A stretch of 64,000 nucleotides of DNA from assembly GCA_951406725.2 (NCBI GenBank), contig CATOCA020000008.1:78072-142071 (forward strand). The letters run 5' to 3'. Shown one piece after another: positions 59,752 to 64,000 of this stretch. The notes below the pieces were generated by a model. That model had not been told where the DNA came from. It saw nothing but the letters and a program-made list of their open reading frames with translations, and made no database searches. Numbering within the stretch: the stretch's first letter is position 1; every line of letters begins with the position of its first letter. Origin of the DNA: Octopus vulgaris (taxonomy: Eukaryota). Made by a program: the position numbers and the translations under genes.

Positions 59752-61522
59752 ATATTTTAAAGTTTCAGCTCAGAGCTGCGGCCATGCTGATGCACCACCG
59801 TTTTGCGCTACACTGTTATTACTAGGAGCCTCCTCTAATATGTGGTACTTGATGAAGAATGGAGTTTGGTGTAGCTATCCTCATTTGCACCTCTTGCCGT
59901 GAGGTAGGCTCATCTGGGACTCTCGACAAGAAGAGGTCCAGCTTTGATTTAAAAACCCCTGCATCTACTTTGTGAAAGTTCCTCAGACTCTTTGGGAGAA
60001 TATTAAAAAGCTGTGGGCCCTTGAAACCCAGGCTGTTGCAGTAACTGGTCTTGAAGCGTGATGGCATTGCTGGGATCTTTGGCACTATGCAGTGTCGTCC
60101 TGTTCTGGCATTGGTGTAGCTTTCAATGCCAAAATTTGGCACAATTCCTTCCAGGATCTTCCAGATATATATTACTGCATACCTCTCCCGTCTTCTCTCC
60201 AGGGAGTAGAGTCTTAGCTGTTTCAACCTTTCCTAGTAGCTGAGCTGTTGCAAAGAGACGATTTTCTTTGTGAATCTTCTCTGGATTGCTTCAAGGTCCA
60301 CTGTTAATCTCACATTGGTGGGTGACCATAGCTGTGAGCAGTAATCCAGGCGGCTGAGGACGAATGTCCACCAGAGGACCATCATGGCTTCCTTATCTCT
60401 GGTTCTGAATGTTCTTAGGATCCAGCCAGCCAGTCGTCTGCACTTTGTCGCCATCCTGGTAATGTGCACTTGGAAAGAGGTATCATCACTCATGTCGATA
60501 CCCAGGTCCCTCACTGACTTACGCTCTGGGAATTGAAATTCCTTGTGGACCGGTGTACCCTGTAGGTTTAATATTCAGTTTTGGATGCTGGTAGCGCAGG
60601 GCCTGGAATTTTTCAGCATTAAACTGCATATTATTATCCTCAGCCCATCTGTAAATTGAGTCCAACTCCTTCTGCAGGTGTTCTGTATTTTCTATGAGAC
60701 TTTTGTATCATCTGCATAGCTTGCTAGAGTGGCTATCCGGGCATTTGAGGGCATATCTGAGAGGGCCACTATAAAAAGCTGTGGTCCCAAGACAGTGCCC
60801 TGTGGAACACCGCTCGCTATTTGTGTGTTCATAGAGGTGGCCCCATTAGCCCCTACTGCCTGACTCCTATTTTTCAGGAAGTCATGTAACCACTCCAAGT
60901 TTTCCAGCTATACCAAGGTTATGCAGTTTATGACATATCATACCATGTTCCACCTTGTTAAAAGCTTTTGCAAAATCAAGGTATATTACATCCACACCCA
61001 GTAATAATGTTGTAAGAGCTGGGTCATGCAGCTCCTACCTGGTCGAAAACCATGTTGGGTATCACTTAGCAAGTTATTTTTTTTCAAGGAATGCGATTAG
61101 TTTCCCTCTGACTATCCGTTCCATGACTTTGCTGATGTGTGAAGTTAGAGAGATAGGCCTATAGTTTTTGGCATCTGCTCTACTTCCCCCTTTATGTATT
61201 GGGCATATTATTCCCTTCCTTCAGCTTGCTTGGCAGTTTGCCATTTGTAAGAAAGCTCTGGAAGAGAATCTTGAGGGGTTTTGCCAGGGCATGTTTACAC
61301 GATTTGAGGAGGATTGCTGGGAAACCATCTGGACCAGCAGTTGAGTTTCTGTCCACTTCATCTATAGCTAGCAGTACATCTTCTTCGCTAATGTCAATGT
61401 ATTCTATTGTAACTGCCTCGCTGGTTATAGGTGAGGCGGCAAAGAAGTCCGCTTGTTCGTTCACTTGTCTGTGTTCCAACGGGGTGGTAAAGACACTTTT
61501 GAACTGGCCATTCAGTATCTCA
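59752..61522 (-). mobile_element. 5'-truncated CR1-group LINE (same family as 1-1236 and 1296-1910)
   Basis: GPDGFPAILLK, YRPISLTSHISK, YLDFAKAF, SGVPQGTVLGP, YADD, SRLDYCSQLWSP; tail CAGCATGGCCGCAGCTCTGAGCTGAAAC. Confidence 0.9.
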
Positions 61523-61877
61523 CTTTATATATATATATAAAGTTGAAATCTATACAAAAACAAAAGATAAAGACAGGTGTAGGAGCAACAAGCAAGTGTA
61601 TTAGTTTGACGCTTGGGAAAAATGGAAAAGGGAATGAAAAAAAAACGTGTTGAGTTTAGTGGTCCAGCATGGCGAATGATTGGAAAAAAACAGGTTGAAA
61701 GAAAGGGAGATAATAATATAAAAAGGTGAATGGAAGGGAGCTGATAATAGTGTTAGTGATCCCAACACGAGAAGGTGCGTGTGCGTGCATGTGAGAATGG
61801 TGTATGTGAGTGTGCAAGTGTATATAAATCATAAAGTTGGCTTATTCGCAATTTACAACCGAAACACAGAAGTATAT

Positions 61878-62720
61878 ACGTCACTAAAGTGACTAAGGGT
61901 AGTAGTAAGAACCAGCAATGCTAGAAATAAAGGTCAAAATAACTCTTAGCCACGATGAAGCACTTATCTTATGACTGACAAGAGAAGCAAGCTCCCTATA
62001 GCAAGATCACCAGTGACTTCGCATTTATATTAATGCTCGTCGGTGGCTCTCACCTGACAGCCCGGGGTTAAGCCTGCTTGCCTTATCAGTTTATGGTGTA
62101 TGCGAGAGATTCGAAATAAGGACACCTACCTTCTCTTCGCTCGACGGAGACCTTTCAGCGGTAATGGATCCTTCAACGCAGCCCGACCCGAACAATAGAA
62201 ATAGCAGCTGCTTCTCCCCTACCTTAACAACGTGCTCACGCGTCTCGCTCCCTCGATTACCACAATCGAAAAAGGCCGAATCCTGCCCTGCCTGCGCGCG
62301 CGTCACTCCTGCCCCTTCCGGTCAGCCCCAAGTCCCAGTCAGCTCCCTAGCTGCTGACGTCATCCCACAAAGTTTATAAGAGTTACCGTGGAAATCTTTG
62401 GTAAAAATGAAAATTATAAATAATAAAGGTGGCTTTTTTTCGCAATCTACAAATTTTCACTTCTACCATTTATGAAATCTGCGTACGATTTCAACGGTAA
62501 CTCTTATAAACTGACCCTAGGTATCGGGTGAGAGCCACTGACTAGTATTAATCAAATGCGAAATCACTGGTGATCTGGCTATGCCCCAGATGCTGTAGGG
62601 AGCCTGCCTCCTTTGTCAATCATAAGATAAGTGCTTTATCGTGGCTAAGAGTTGTTTTGACTCTTATTTCTAGCAATGGTGGTGCTGACTTGCACCCTTA
62701 GTCACTTTAGCGGCGATTGT
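61878..62720. mobile_element. Non-autonomous element with ~180-bp diverged terminal inverted repeats
   Basis: CTAAAGTGACTAAGGGT..CTCTTAGCCACGAT..GGCTCTCACC (61884-62053) versus GGTGAGAGCC..ATCGTGGCTAAGAG..ACCCTTAGTCACTTTAG (62527-62710). Confidence 0.75.
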
Positions 62721-63871
62721 ACTTTTATATATATATATGTATACACACACACACACACACACACAAATACGTGGATACATATACGTGCATATATATGTGT
62801 GTGTGTATACATGTGTGGTCTGTGCCTGGGTGTGTATGCGTGCGTTTGATTAACTTTGATAATTTTCCTTCTCCTTTTATCGTTTACTTCAGAACTATTG
62901 CTGCTTTTGTTGCCTTCGTATTCATATAATGAAACCACTCACTGCTTCCCCCCCCCTTTATCCATAGTGAATTAGCGAAAAACATAAGCCCATCCTCATG
63001 GCTGGGGAGCGGGGTGGATGGGTAGGTGGAGATCTCCTCCACCCAAACATGACTAACACAGCTTACCACATTATTTCACGTTAAATCAGTCGTTTCCATT
63101 ATTAGCCTATTGTTACATTTACTCTCCTATCTACAGATTACTTTCTTCCTTCTTTTCACGGGAAAGACTTCTACGAGTTGTGATCTAATACTTCAACCAC
63201 CATAATACGCCTTTACTTGCTTTCTGTATAATATCTTAACTGCAATCTTTATCCAACTTGACTGCTGTTTAGTTTAGAAATCATATAACATATAACTTAA
63301 GCTTGGACCAAACAAATTGCTTTCAGAAGTGATGCGCTAGCTCAGGCATTCATGAGTATGGAATATGCCCATACTAATCACTATTGTCCGGTTCGCTGTA
63401 GCCTAGGATGGTAATACGGGCCAAGGATCTCAACTGTGGGCCAAATATCAAAAGTCGGTTTTGTGTCTAGGGTATACATGACAGGAACGAGGGCTGGGTG
63501 CTAGACATGTGCCACACAAGCTCCGCCCATGAAGTGATGCTCTGAAGTCATGCAGACCTGTCGTCCGGCCTTTGCCTTAAACAGTTCCTCTGCTTTAAGA
63601 GTACTCAATACATGTTATAGAATACATAGTTCATTGAATCAGTATATGTTGCATACAATTTGCAGCTGAGATCGGAAGATTGCAGTGAAATGAAACCCAA
63701 GTCGATGATATAAACATACAGTTTCAATTAACTTCATGTCTACAGGAGGTGTGGGTTCATGTCCCACTGGCAGCCTTCGACTTTTTTTTTATCCAAACGG
63801 TTTTTCACCCAATATTTACATGCTATTATTTATAGCTGTAAATATGTTTCGGGATCCACTCTTCCAAAACA

Positions 63872-63918
<47 letters not shown>

Positions 63919-64000
63919 TCAATAAATGGTGGGGTTGTGTTGACCGCACGTGGAGAAATGATAAGTAAGGAAAAATTTTTTTAAAAATGCAGAATGCTCA

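Overview
AT-rich, microsatellite-dense eukaryotic DNA made almost entirely of transposable elements. No host gene is recognisable. The repeat landscape resembles an octopus/coleoid cephalopod genome (inference). Ordinary content: CR1-group and R4/Dong-like LINE fragments, tRNA-derived SINEs, Penelope-like elements with inverted termini and hammerhead ribozyme motifs, a decayed mariner, a DD37D/maT-like transposase remnant, nested non-autonomous Helitrons and MITEs. The standout is a ~19.6-kb head-to-tail array (36209-55802). It holds ten 1.1-1.75-kb ORF1-only retroelements (RRM-like region + CCHC knuckle; three intact ORFs) followed by an internally deleted Tx1/L1-like LINE. All eleven end in the same CCC..GTGGGTAATAA tail, which a local dimeric SINE also carries. 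Junction duplications suggest new copies insert at the tail of earlier ones. Three units carry clustered sense-strand A-to-G changes, consistent with ADAR-edited RNA having been reverse-transcribed into the genome. Family assignments come from motif recognition by eye, not database searches.
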